From the NCBI GenBank assembly GCA_951406725.2, contig OX597824.1, positions 65,472,001-65,536,000 of the forward strand: a DNA stretch of 64,000 bases, in the 5' to 3' direction. This DNA comes from Octopus vulgaris. Taxonomy: Eukaryota. Positions 12,601 through 26,488 of this stretch are shown here, piece after piece. The notes beneath the pieces are model-generated. The model was not told the DNA's origin. It did no database searches and saw only the letters and a list, made by a program, of their open reading frames with translations. A program made the position numbers and the translations under genes. Numbering within the stretch: position 1 is the stretch's first letter; each line of letters opens with the position of its first letter.

Positions 12601-15600
12601 GAGCATAGAGTCCAATAACTTTTGGCTATTTTTGGAAATCTTTACTAAGTAAGGAGCTCACTGAGTTTCTGAAAGAATCTGAACTTAATGATCAACCTCT
12701 TACATGTTATTTTTTTATATTCCAAGAAACAGTGTATTTCAACTGCTTTATCTTTTTATATATTTTTATCTTCAGTTATAATAAACAAAGTTATATATTT
12801 TTAAGAGTTTCACTTGAAGTTAAATTTATTCTTATATATTATATTTTGATAATTTATTTTATCAGTGTTACAATCTTCTTGTTAGCATTGTAAATCTGGC
12901 TGTTGTTCAAATTCAGTGAGTTTCTCTGACTTTGAAAAACACTACAGTAGCCATCACTGTTTGATGATGCAGAATAAATGAAAATATTGATTATTCAAAT
13001 TAAATGAAAATCTAATTACAAAATTTAGTTTATATTTTTTATAATCAAGCATGCCAAAATGAAAATATTTTCAATCATCAACTTCAGTGTATTTCAATAA
13101 AGAATCATGTTACAAAATGTATTATTTTGTAATATATCATTATTAAAGCAAATAAAATAATCTATATAAACCTTTCTTAGTCTATATTTTCTGGCTTTTT
13201 GACTAAAACTTGAGCATGCTTTAATCATAAAAATCTACTAATACCTACAAATATTAATGAAGTGCTAAAATTTTCATAATTATATGGATTTGTGGTTAAG
13301 AAGTTTGATTAACAACCACGCAGTTTCAGATTCAGTCTCACTGCACAGTTGTTTGAGCAAGTGTCTTCTACTATAGCCCTGGGTCAGCCAATGTCTTGTG
13401 AATGAATTTGGTTGATGGAAATTGTGCAGAAGCCTTATTGTGGGTGATGCCCAGTATGTTGTAGGCTCTTTAGAGAGACTGGCCTGCAAATCCTCTACAT
13501 CTCACCTCAATAAGCTCACACCTAACTTGCCACTAATTGTTTTGGTATAGCTCCACCAGCTTAGCACATTTAGTTCTCTTTCTCTCATTTGCTTCCTTAA
13601 TATGCATAAAACATTATTATGTAAATCAGGGTCCACATGACCCTTAGGGGTCCACATAAGATTTCGCTGTTAACATTTCTGTGCAAATAACTGGTTATGC
13701 TTCTAGAATAAACAAATTATTTCAATAATTTTTTTTATATAATTCCTTATGATACTTAATTATAAAAATATAATGGAACTTTTTAAAATATCATGTTTAT
13801 TAGGGTCCAGTAAAGTAAAATAGGAATGAAAGGGGTCCATAGGGGTTGAAAACCACTGATATAGATCTACAAATTTATTCATCCAAATACATACAAGAAC
13901 ATTTATAAGATGTGGAATTTCCTTGGATCCCATTAGTTGAGACATTATTTTAATTGTGCCAGTCTATTTACATGTAAAAGATTACCTTGAAATTGTAGAT
14001 TTTTTTAATCTTTTTAAACAATCCAAACCATGATGGCAGTGAAAAATAATAAAATATTTACTAAAAAATGTTAAAGTAAAATATAATTACTTGATTAGCA
14101 AGTTTTCTAATCTACTGAGTTTCTTGCAATCATTTTCTTTCTGTTTTTACTTGTTTACGCTATCTTATGTTGCAATTTTCTCTGAATGAACAGACCTATT
14201 GACAAATGTACCCAGCCATGACCGTCCAATCTTAGAGAGTATATGTAAGGCTACATTATCCAATGTTTTCTATAGACACTCTGTCAGTTACAATGATGAG
14301 TGTTCCAGTTGATCTGATCAATGGAACAAGCTGCTCGTGAAATTAACGTGCAAGTAGCTGAGCATTCCACAAATCCACATATCCTTAATGTAGTTCTTAG
14401 GGAGATTCAGTGTGATACAAAGTGACAAGGCTGACCCTTTGAAATACTGATACAACTCAGTTTTGCCAGCTGAGTGGACTGAAGCAACATGAAATAAAGT
14501 AACTTGCTCAAGGCCACAATGCACCAAGATATCAAACTCATGATCTTACAATCGTGAGCCAAATACCCTAACCACTGAGCCATGTGCCTTCTCAATATAT
14601 CATTCCTTTTTTAAGATGGTCAAGTGTGTTTTAAGGAAAATTTGACTGTTATCTGTAGCAGGTTGAATAACCATGTAGTGATTCCTTTGTTGGATTAGTT
14701 CTTGGATTTGTTGTTAAGAACAATGTTTTATGACTGGAATTTTTTTTGATGAGTGGTTCCTTCTGATAACCCTTTGACAGTAAAAAAATATGAGAGATAT
14801 TTTTGAGCTATCCCTCTCTATACTTACCTCAAAAGTCTGTTAACCAGGTAGCTATTTGGTTGAGATGTTAGAGCATCAGATGAGAATGCTTTGCAGTATT
14901 TGTTCTGGCTCCCATTACACTGAGTTCAAATTCTGTCAGGATCAACTTTGCCTTTCATCCTTTTGGAGTTGATTGGAAAGTAACAATCCAGAGCAGAGGA
15001 TTGGCAGAATGGCAAGAATGTTGGATCAGATGCTTTGTAGTATTTGTTTTAGACTTAACCTGCCATCTGGCCCCATGTGGAACTTTGAGCACTTTTAGAA
15101 GAATCCACTCAGTTGCAAATATTTGTATGTAGAAAGGGAAAACAACTTCAAAAGCAATATCTTCTAACTATTACATCAATTACTGAATAGAAATATAGCT
15201 GATAATGGTAATAAGGTTACTTTTATCTATCCTTATATGTACCAATCATTTTACATACTTACTTTTATCACACAACAGATTAGGTTTTTTTTAAAAATCA
15301 CTTTGTCAGGGGAAGCAAGACAGTTTCATCAACTTTAAAATGGGTGGGAGTTAGTTATTTGCAAACCAGAAACCTATTCTGATCGCTTGCAACAGGGTGG
15401 GTCCTACTAAAGGCATTCAAAGGCCAGGTGTTGGTGTTAAACAGGGTGACAAATTAAAGCTATTATCCAAAGATAGTGTTAGGGTATGTGCGATGTTACA
15501 TCCAATATGCAGTGGTGGGGTGAGTTAGTCCCATGGAAAAAAACTAGTAGGTCTGGAGTTATTGGTGTGTTTGCTGATGATCATATTTAATTAGTACGAA

Positions 15601-15771
15601 TGTTTGTGCTAATGTTTTCTTTCCTTGACTCTCATTGCAATTGTAATTCTAATTGTATTAATTGCTGTCATCAGATTCAAGCATTTTATGACAGGGGGGA
15701 GCCTTAATTAGTGAACAATTTTTTTCCTCACTACATTAAGTGTATTAATATTTATTTAAAGAGAATATCAG

Positions 15772-15814
<43 letters not shown>

Positions 15815-16077
15815 AGGTTGTTTGTTATGGCTGGCCAGAGAGTGACCATCAGTTTTGTGCCTTTAAAGCACTTAGCAGTACTGGTGACTCATCAGACTCA
15901 CATGGCTAGAGGCATATAACTTCCATTCATTTGAATCTGATGAATCATCTATACAACTAAGCACTTTATAGGTGCAAAACTGATAGTCGCTCTCTGACCA
16001 GCCAGAACACTCTTTTAAATATACTACTGCTCTTGATGATTTAGAATGTGCATCTTTTTCAGATATATGTACTACTG

Positions 16078-16117
<40 letters not shown>

Positions 16118-19100
16118 TTCTTCTATGTAGCATTGGTACAGTCTTACATTTTTTATTTAAATTTTTACTATAATATTATTTGGTTGCAGCAAGGAAGATT
16201 GGTGACACTCATGACCTTTATTGGTCCTACTGAATATGGGATTGGGTTTGTGGGGTTAATATTATTGATGTTCAACTTCTATAAGTGGGTACTTTGATGT
16301 AAATGTAGACAGGAAAGAATTTTAGAGGGATATTATTGTGGAGAAGAAGAACTGAGTAAAGTGCTTAATGTTGAGTTTGGGAAGTGAGGCATAGTAGGAA
16401 TGATGACGGACCAAGAGAGAGAGAGAGAGAGATGTTATTTCAGTTACAGTTAAAGGAATAGAATGTGGTTATTATTGTTGTTTAGCTCCAGGTTAGCCCT
16501 GACTGAGAAAACCTATGATTAAAAGGTGTTCCAGTAGTGACCATCCAATCATTCTCCTGGGTATTCTCTAGAACTGAATTAGGATGCTTGCAAAAGTGAA
16601 CTCTGTTAAATGTACACAAGTATTAGGTGTGGTTAACCACCTCACTGTGAAATAGGAGGAGAAACTATTGTCAGTCAAACAAGTGAAATTACACATTTTG
16701 TTTGAAAGAACACTGCAATAGCTTCATGGTGTCCTTCTAAGGTAGGTCAATCTATTAGAAAGAACAGTCAGATCTTTCCCAAATTATATTCTTTCATCTT
16801 AAAATGAAACAGACTCATTGGTTCATGTTATCTTAGATATATTACGTTTGGAAAGCAAAACTAAAATAAAAACAAAAAAGCAAGTAAGTACAAGGTGTAA
16901 TACTTTTGGTCATAATTCTGCTTTATCAGAGAATTAAAAGTAATTAGTTTCAAGAGCTGGCTAACTTCAAATAAAAAAAGTATTGAAGATTTAAAGCTAT
17001 AAAAGCAAAATAAAGATAACACAAAAAATGAATTGTAGTGAGAAGACTGTATACTTGTGTAATTCATTTGTACAAAATTTCTTAGTTTCAAGAGCTGGCT
17101 AACTTCAAATAAAAAAAGTATTGAAGATTTAAAGCTATAAAATAAAATATGAAGATAACACAATGAATTATAGTGAGAAGACTGTATTTGTGTAATTCAT
17201 TTGTACAAAATTTCTTTCTTTCAAGAATGTAATCAAACATTTAAGAAATAATACATTTTGCAAAATAAACTAATTAAAGGATAAAATATATAATCTCACT
17301 CACTTAAATCTCTCTATATATAAATGGCAACATGTCTGTGTGTGTATCCTTTATACAAATCCACAATTTTTCAGTTAGAGGGCTCGCACTTTCTATGGTC
17401 ATTCAAAACCGTCCAAGGGTGGTCGTGCACATTTTACATTTCTCCAGTCACCCCGCAAAGCCATTAAAAAATCAATAGAAGTGACTTTTTTGTGAATTTT
17501 CTATCCAAAACCCAATCAAAATGCCCAGGTCATTGTGCTAGTTATATCTAAATTATGACAAACATGTTTTAAAAATTACAACTTGGACATTGCTTTCTTC
17601 CAAGAATTTTTACCAGGAAATTTATATTTTATGTATACTTAAAATAAAAAGGTTGCATACACTTTGAAGAAAAGGAATTATTTCAAGTTTTATGAAGAAA
17701 TGATTTTTTCGTTTTTTGATTTGGTTTGCAAGATTCTTTATGTGAGTTTGTGTGTTGAAACATATTCTGTTGTGTCTGGGGAAAGTTATTTTCTTTTTGT
17801 GCCTCATAATTTAACACACTATTCAAAAGGTTACAAGACACAACGAAAATTTTAGGAAAATAAAAATAAGAAATAAGTGGAAATTCTACCGGTGAGTGTG
17901 TTAAATTATAAGGCACCAAAAGAAAATGACTCTACCCAGACACAGCAGAAGAAATGATTATCTCCCTTGTTATAAGAGACTGGCACAAATTTATTTACTA
18001 AATTTGCTGGTGTGTAAAGATGCACTCTTGCAAAACACAAACCACTACTTCTTGAGAAAAAAAAAAATTTTGTTAGAAAAAGAGGAAATTTAAAAGGTTC
18101 CATCTTGCACTCAGTATCTCATCTGTAATACTATCAATTCAGATGCTGGGCAATTTTTTGTTATTTTTAAGAATAAAAGAAGCTTGTCTTCTACACCAGC
18201 ATATATGGTAAGTTATATGGAATTTTAAAAGTAAAATTTATGATTCTTATTTTTACTTGTTTTTCTTTACAGTATGTACCAACCAATGCCATTCAGTTGA
18301 AAGCAATTACCTACATTGGGCTCATTATATCCATGATATGCCTTTGCTTTGCTTTCCTTATATTTTTCCTCTTGAAAAACTTGAACACAAATTGCAACAC
18401 AATTCGAATCAATTTCATCATATCCATATTTCTCTCCGAGCTCTTCTTCCTTATTGGTGTTGCTCGGACCAAACCTGAAGTAAGTTCAACTTTTCCAATC
18501 TCTCTCTCTCCCCCTCTCTCCCTCCCTCTCCTCTCTTTTCCTCTTCCTCCCTCTCCCCTCCACTCCATTAGACCAGTTTTCTATGAATCATTAAAATGCA
18601 TTTTATCTACAATGTAAGCTGACATCATGAATTTGTATTATTTCAGTTTCTTTGTTTCCTACATCTCTTCCTTTTACTTCTCTTTGATAAAGAGCATAAC
18701 CTGAAATATTCCTTTTCTATTCTTTTCATTTGGTGTAATTTTTTTCTTTGTACACTTTCTTTCATTGTTATTATTTTGATTCCTATTTCTGTGCCTTTTC
18801 CACTTTGTTGTTTTTTATACTTTTCAAACTTCCTATATTATTTATTTGTTTGTCTTTTCTGTACTTCATAATTATCATTGATGTACTTGTGCTTTATGTG
18901 TGTGCCCCCATCCAGTTGAGAATCTGAACTAAGCAGCAACTTGACATTTAACCTAACCTACAAAATTAACAGCTTTTATTTTGTTTAGTAAAAAGTATCA
19001 GCATTTTATGTCAAAGGCTCTTAAAGGTGTTTACATACATGTGCGCACACACACACACACACTCCTTCACTCTCTCACTTACCTACACACCCACACACAA

Positions 19101-19423
19101 ACACATGGCCTGAGCAGGTGCACAGTGTACCGCACATCAGGTGTCAAAGTGATTGCTGAGCAATGTGAGATGAAGTGTTTTTCTTAAGAACACAATGCAC
19201 TACCACCCGATCCAAGATTGAAACCATTATTTCATGATTGTGAGTGTAACACCTTAACAACTAGACAATGTGTCCTTGACAAAGCATAAACTATATTATT
19301 CACTACTGAGTCTCTTGATTCACTACTTAAAGTTTCTCATTTCTGAACATTGAGCAAATATGATTAAAACTAATATTCCATAGCTAATATATTAGAAAAT
19401 ACACATGCACAACCTCTCCCCCT

Positions 19424-19470
<47 letters not shown>

Positions 19471-22400
19471 AGTATCCTTTAGTTTCCATCTAACAAATTT
19501 CTCTCATAAATTATTTGGTTTGGTCACTCCAAAGCTATAGGAGAAGAGACTTGCCAAACATGCCATTCACTGGAATTAAACCTGGAAACATGTGATTGTG
19601 AAATGAATTTCTTAAGCATACCAGTCAAACCTACCTGTACAAAATCATGTGTTCTCTTAACAGAAAAAAAAAAGCCTATCCAATGTACTCCACTTTATAT
19701 TAGTTTCCCTTATCAATAAGCAGTAATCCTGGAATAATCATTCCTCATTTCTTTATTTCAGATACTCTGCCGCATTGTTGCCATCTTCCTTCATTATTTC
19801 TTCATCAGTACATTTGCTTGGTTGTTTGTGGAAATACTTCATATCTACCGTATGTTAACAGAAATACGTGATATAAATACTGGTTCAATGAAGTTTTATT
19901 ATCTTGTTGGTTTTGGTAAGTCTGTTGCTCTCTTTGTCATTTATTTTTATTCATGTAGTTATGTATTTATTTATTTGTCTTTTTACATTCTCTTCTATAA
20001 AAATTGTCAAAAGATTAGTTCTGAAATCATCTTTTGAAACATTCTGTGGTTCTCAATCTCAGTTCAAACCTTATTGTCACTTTTATTTTGACCTTCTGGG
20101 TCAGTCACATAACTCTACTTGCCTCTGTTTGTTTTTCATGCATCTGAATAACAAATTCTACCAACAGTCTTCAAATGTCATCTATCCATTCATTCCAACA
20201 TTGAAAATGTGTATTAAACAATTTTTTTTAGATATCAAAAATTTCTAGTGCTTACTTATATCTTTTTATTTCTTGCTTGCTTAACAAATATTGTAACGAT
20301 AGACTGAAATTTTGAATATTTATTTAAACAAGTCTTGTTTATTCTTATTTGTATAATTTTTTTCAGTTATTCCTGGTATTATTGTTGGCTTAGCTGTAGG
20401 ACTTTACACAGACCAATATGGAACAGCTGAATTGTAAGTATTTCTCAACATGGTTGCTGTTTTTTTTCTCTCTTTTTTTCACCACTTTCATGGATTCTCT
20501 TGAATACTGGGCTTGATGTAATTGACATAGCCCCTTCCCTTAACTTGGTGGCTTTTTGCCAAAATTTGAAACCAATATTTCATCCAACTCAAGTTCCCAA
20601 TTCAAATTCATAATTAATGTATATGAGCACTTTACTTTCAGTTGCTGGTTATCAACCAAAAATATGTTCATATGGAGCTTTGCTGGACCTATTGTTGTAG
20701 TATGGATAGTAAGTTTTTCTTTTTGTTTTACTTTTATTGTCAGTTAATATTGCACATATATCCATAGCCACTGTGTTTTCATCTGTCTACTCTACCAAGA
20801 GTAGTAACACCTGTTAGAGTCTCAGTTATGGGTTAATTAACATGTAATGGAAGAAACTCCAAGCACAAGCCTTTATTTGTGAGTAAAGGAAAAGGCTAGA
20901 GAAATCAACCTTAACAGCAAATTAAAGTGTGGAGCCTCTCGGGCAGTCTGTTGTCCTCTTTTACACATTTCTGACAACTTCAGGGTAGGTAGAGCTCTCT
21001 GTCTTTGTGAAGCAGTCACTGAGGAGAAGGCTACTCAAATATAAAGCCTATTACTATCAGTACAGCCATCTTCACTTGCTGAGCCACTGTGGAATTGGAT
21101 TGCATGGATTGACTTTCGATTTTAAACTTCAAAGTGCTGACAGGAATAGAAGCCCTGCAGCATCAAGGATCTAATTTCAAAGCCACTTCAGTGTGTACCA
21201 TTCTTTCTCATTATTTTCAGACACCATGAAAAAAAAACAAAAAAAACAGGCGTTATATTTTCAAAAGAAATTAAGTTTTAGTCACTGCTTTGTGATAAAC
21301 AAGTTATCTCCCTTCTGTATGCCTTACATACGCTTCAGAAACACTCATGTCTTCTGGGGTTTTTTTTTGTTTTTGTTTTTGTTTTTTTTTTTTGTATGGA
21401 GAAGCAGGCAGTGTAGTTGATTGAATAAACAGATAAATATTTCTGTCATTCATAAACACCTCTGTCAATATCATCGATGTATGGAGATTTATTAAAACAA
21501 ATAAGAGATCAATACAATTGAAAAAAAAAAAACCTCAAGGTAGTTTCTCAGCAAAACCTGAGTCATTAGAATGTTTCATGTATTAGTGGGGAGGATTTTA
21601 TTAGTTCTGATAACTTTCTCTCCATAAATAATCGACCATTCACATGATAACAACTATATGTATTATATGTGTTATTTTTATATGTAAATTATCCTAAATT
21701 GGCAATTGGAATTCAATTAAGGTTGTGCTCTTAATTAATCACTGTCAATTTAACATCCAAATTTCTAAATTTCTAAATTAAAATATTAAAATCAGAACAA
21801 CATTAAATTTTAAACATTATGCTTTTAATTATATACTGAACTTAGATTGAGAAAACTCAGTATTTTTCCCATTGTCTTTTAATATGCTACCTTAAAATGT
21901 AATCCTAAAATGTGTGTGTGATGCTGTTCATAATTATTTATACCTATTAATTATCTGCTACTATTCTTTCTCAGATTTCAGTACTTACCTGTATATTAGG
22001 GTGGCAAGCTAGCTGTCGAGAAAAAGTTCATGTGTCTCATGAAGATCTAGGGATGTTAAAGTAAGCTTTATCATCTTTTTTAAATCTATATATTTTTTAT
22101 ATTGTTGTGGTGAAAGTCTGAATCTTCTTTTCTTCATATTTTGATTGATGCTCTTCTTCATCAGAGAAATCTGACAGTTTTCTTTTTTTAAACTTTTTGC
22201 TGTTTTCTCTCATTCCTCATTAAATGATAATTTGTCAAAATAAAGGAGTAGTGTTGTTTGAATCCATCCTGAAGAAAGGAAAATTTCAATGTTGGCTCTC
22301 TTCCATGACTGTCTGGTGTTGCAAGAAATTTCTTCTGCTCGTTTCATAGCACTAGGAGAGTAGAAGCAACTGAAAACCTCCAATAGAACTGTCATTGCTT

Positions 22401-25400
22401 ATTGGTTATTATAAATTTGTAGTATAAACAGAATGTGATTCATTGATAATTCTTTGTAATTTTGGCTCAAGGCCAGCAATTTTGAGGGGAGGGTTAATTC
22501 AATTACAATGAACCAAGTGCTTAACTGGTACTTACTTTATTGACCCCAAGAGGATGAAAGGCAAAAACCAACCTTGGCTGAATCTGAACTCAGAATGTAA
22601 AGTCTTGGAAGAAATGCCACTAAGCATTTTGTTCAATGTGCTAATGATTCTGCCAACTTGCTGCCTTAAGCTATTCAGTGATAATAACAGCTAACATATT
22701 AACAGTTATTATCATATAAAGCTATTCAGTGTTCTAAATAGCATTCTGATCACTGCTGACATAAAGTAGAATGCCTCTTCTCCATCTGATTAATCTTGCT
22801 ACAGTATCAGCCAAGCCTTTCCAATTCTGTCATTTTCATTACTGATGTAGGTGTAATTATTTCCAGTCTCTTTTTATTTATCTTATTTTTATATGACAAT
22901 TTATTTACATCACTTAGTCTTTATTCACACACATATTTTCTCTTAATTAAAAAAAAATTTTCTTCAATTTTATTTGCAGAGAGAGTCTACTGGTTGCCTC
23001 CTTGCTGTTACCAATGTGTGGTGCTAACTGGGTGTTTGCACTCCTCTCCGTTAATCAGAACTATGCTGCTTTCCACTACCTGTTTGCAATTATGAGCTGT
23101 TTTATGGGAGTTTTCATCTTTGTCTTCTACGTTGTATGTAGTCGACCAGTAAGTTGATGTATAAAAAATATATTCAGCATTTGTACATATTATACAACTC
23201 TCAAACATTCTTTCAGGCTATCACAATATGCATCTATATACCATTGCCATCGTACATAACTGTGTATTGACACCACTGTAAGGAAACCACTTTATGGTAA
23301 TTTGGTTTGCTAGGAATTGCAACCAAGCTTCCCCACCATCCTCCTCAAAATGAAAGGAAGGACACATTACATAATGAAGCTGCAAACATGGCTGTTTTGT
23401 TAAAAATGTTTGTCTCCCAACCACATGGTTGCTCTGGGCCAGCCAAAGCATTATGAGTGGATTTGGTAACTGAAAAAAGCCTATCGTGTGTGTGTTTTTG
23501 TTTTGAGATCACATGACAGTTGTAGGTGGGTATAGCCATCATACAAGTGATGTTGTTAGTTACAAATCTTCTATAGAAATATGTCCAACCATAGGTAATA
23601 TTACCTTACTTGGAAACAGACAAGGGTTGGTAACAGGAAGGATATCTAGCGATTGAAAATCTGCTTTGATGAATTCCATGTGATTCATGCAAACTTGGAA
23701 AAGTGAACAATTAAGGGTAAAGGGTAAACACCCTCTTCAGTCACGAATAACCATGGGATTGCCCATAGAAATTCTCCAAAGCACAAGTCTGGGAAAGGTT
23801 GTTTGTGGAAGACCAGCAGTCACCTATGCATACCTGTTTCCCCTCTCCATACCACTGATGTTTTCCAAGGGAAATGCAAAGGCCAATACAGCTTGGCACC
23901 AGTGACATTGCAACACATTACTACAGCTGAGTGAACTAAGCAACATGAAATAAAGTGTCTTGCTCAAGAACACAACACACAGCCCAGTCCAGGAGTCAAA
24001 CTTACAACCTCACAATTGTAAGCCTGACACTCTAACTACTGAGCTATGCACCTTCAATTAATAAACACCTTTCTATCTTCACCACTAACAATGTTTCAAT
24101 CTTGTCCTGTATATGGTTCTTTACATTTCTGCTAACGACAATAGCTGTCATTTGCTTGCTTTTCATTTTCTTTGCTTTCTTAAAAAGCATTCTTTACTTT
24201 TCTTATTCTTATTTTATTTCATTCATTTATTTGTTTTCGTTATTTCTTATTTCTTTGTTCTCCATTTTTTTTTATAGGTACGGTTTGAAATCAAACGAGT
24301 TTGGTATAAATTCAAAGGTAAAAAGCTGGAATTGGATGAAGCACTCGGTGGTACTCGAAGTACTATGCTATCGGTAAATATCACTCCTTTTATCATTCAT
24401 ACAAGAGAAATAAAAGCAAAAAATGAATGAACATTTATATAAGCATTGGCATGGCTGTGTATAGGTGCAGGAATGGCTGCATATCGGTCCTGGCATAGCT
24501 GTATGTTTAAGAAGTTTACTTGCTAACCACATGGTTTCAAGTTCAGTTCCATTGCATACTACCTTGTGGTAGAATCTTTTACTAAAGCCTCAGGCTGACC
24601 AAAGGTTTGTGAATGGATTTGGTAGAATGAAAACTAACTGTAACCTGGGCGTTATTGTCGACAGCGATTTGCATTGGACAAAACACATTGCTAAAATTGC
24701 CAAGAAGGCTTAGGGTGTCTTGGCATCACTTACCAAGTCCTTTGTGAGCCACTCTTCGGCTATTTATCTGAGGCTTTATATAGCTATGGTGTGGCCTCAC
24801 CTGGAATTTGCATCACCGGTTTGGAACCCCTATCTTGCCCAGGATATTAATCATCTGGAAACAGTTCAGCAAGAGAATACCCTCCATCAGACATTTGCCA
24901 TATTCTGAACACCTTACTTCCCTGGACATGGATACATTGAAACTCTAACGTCTGGCAGCTGACTTGGCAGACACCCATAAAATTATTAACCATCTTACAA
25001 ACAATAACTCTGAGCACCCTTCCAAACTCCACCTGTCTAACACCCGTGGACATGTTTACAAAGTCAGAGAATAGCACAGCTCCAATGACATTCAGGAACA
25101 TTTTTTCACGCTAAGAGCTGCTGAAGTATGGAACAAACTGCAAGCATCAGTTGTTAGTTGTTGGAGCACTGCATCCTTCAAAACTTCCATGCTTCCTGAG
25201 ATTCACCAACGCTACACCGGATTTTCTCCCCTCCATACACACGCAAGCATGTATCTGACTCATACACTGTTCGCTTTCCAGACATTTGTACATTACTGCA
25301 TATGCTTTATATGCACTTTTGACAAGTTGTGGTGCACCTGAGCACTATACAATAATTTCATTGTTATTATTATTATTATAAGCCTTATTCATCATCATCA

Positions 25401-25449
25401 TCATCGTTTAACGTCTGCCTTCCCTGCTGGCATAGGTGGGATGTATGCC

Positions 25450-25487
<38 letters not shown>

Positions 25488-25498
25488 TATTAGAGACA

Positions 25499-25529
<31 letters not shown>

Positions 25530-25564
25530 ATATATATATATTTAAAAAGGAGATCGAAACGAGT

Positions 25565-25622
<58 letters not shown>

Positions 25623-25670
25623 ATAAAATACAATTTAAATTACTAATATATATTTGTCAGCATTTTCTTC

Positions 25671-25730
<60 letters not shown>

Positions 25731-25849
25731 ATATATATAATACAATTTACTGAACCTTCAGAATTTTAATATGCTAGACCACTAGTGTTAAATTGATGTT
25801 AATTAAATTAATATCTAATTTCTCACCCTCATTTTAAATTTAAATTTAA

Positions 25850-25906
<57 letters not shown>

Positions 25907-26448
25907 TCGTTTAAGAGACCATAAATCATAGAAAAGATGCACTTGTATATCTGTCAGTAGAGTAGTTATATTATCCGAAATATATATATTCACCACGGCT
26001 GAACTTACAAATCAGTTTTTTTGTTTGTTTTTTTGCAAGGAATACAATGGATTGTTAGGTGACAAGTGATTAGGTGTTGGCCTGTCACCCAGAGCTCATC
26101 AGTTATTACTATAATCATTACATAAGTCAGCTCAGCCTATGTGAAAAGCAGCATGTGTCTCAATTGTATGGAGGCATACACACCATTAGAAAATCTTCTG
26201 ACTCTTTTAATTGCGGAAATGGATGAATTATAAAATATTTCACCTAACTTGAATCTCTTCCTGTTAGCTACAAATGATAGGAGAAAATTCTTCCTTGCAA
26301 TTAACAAGGGATTAACTTCTCTTTCATGTGATAATAGTGAACTTCATGTGTGTATTTTTGTGCATAAATGTTTTCACAAGCATGCATTCAAACACACACA
26401 TACTCACATACTCATGTCTGTATGTATGTATGTATGTATGTATGTATG

Positions 26449-26488
<40 letters not shown>

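Noticed and set aside
15625-15685. Minus-strand CTGATGA followed by a GCAATT/AATTGC stem
   Set aside because: The GAAA element is absent; too decayed to call.
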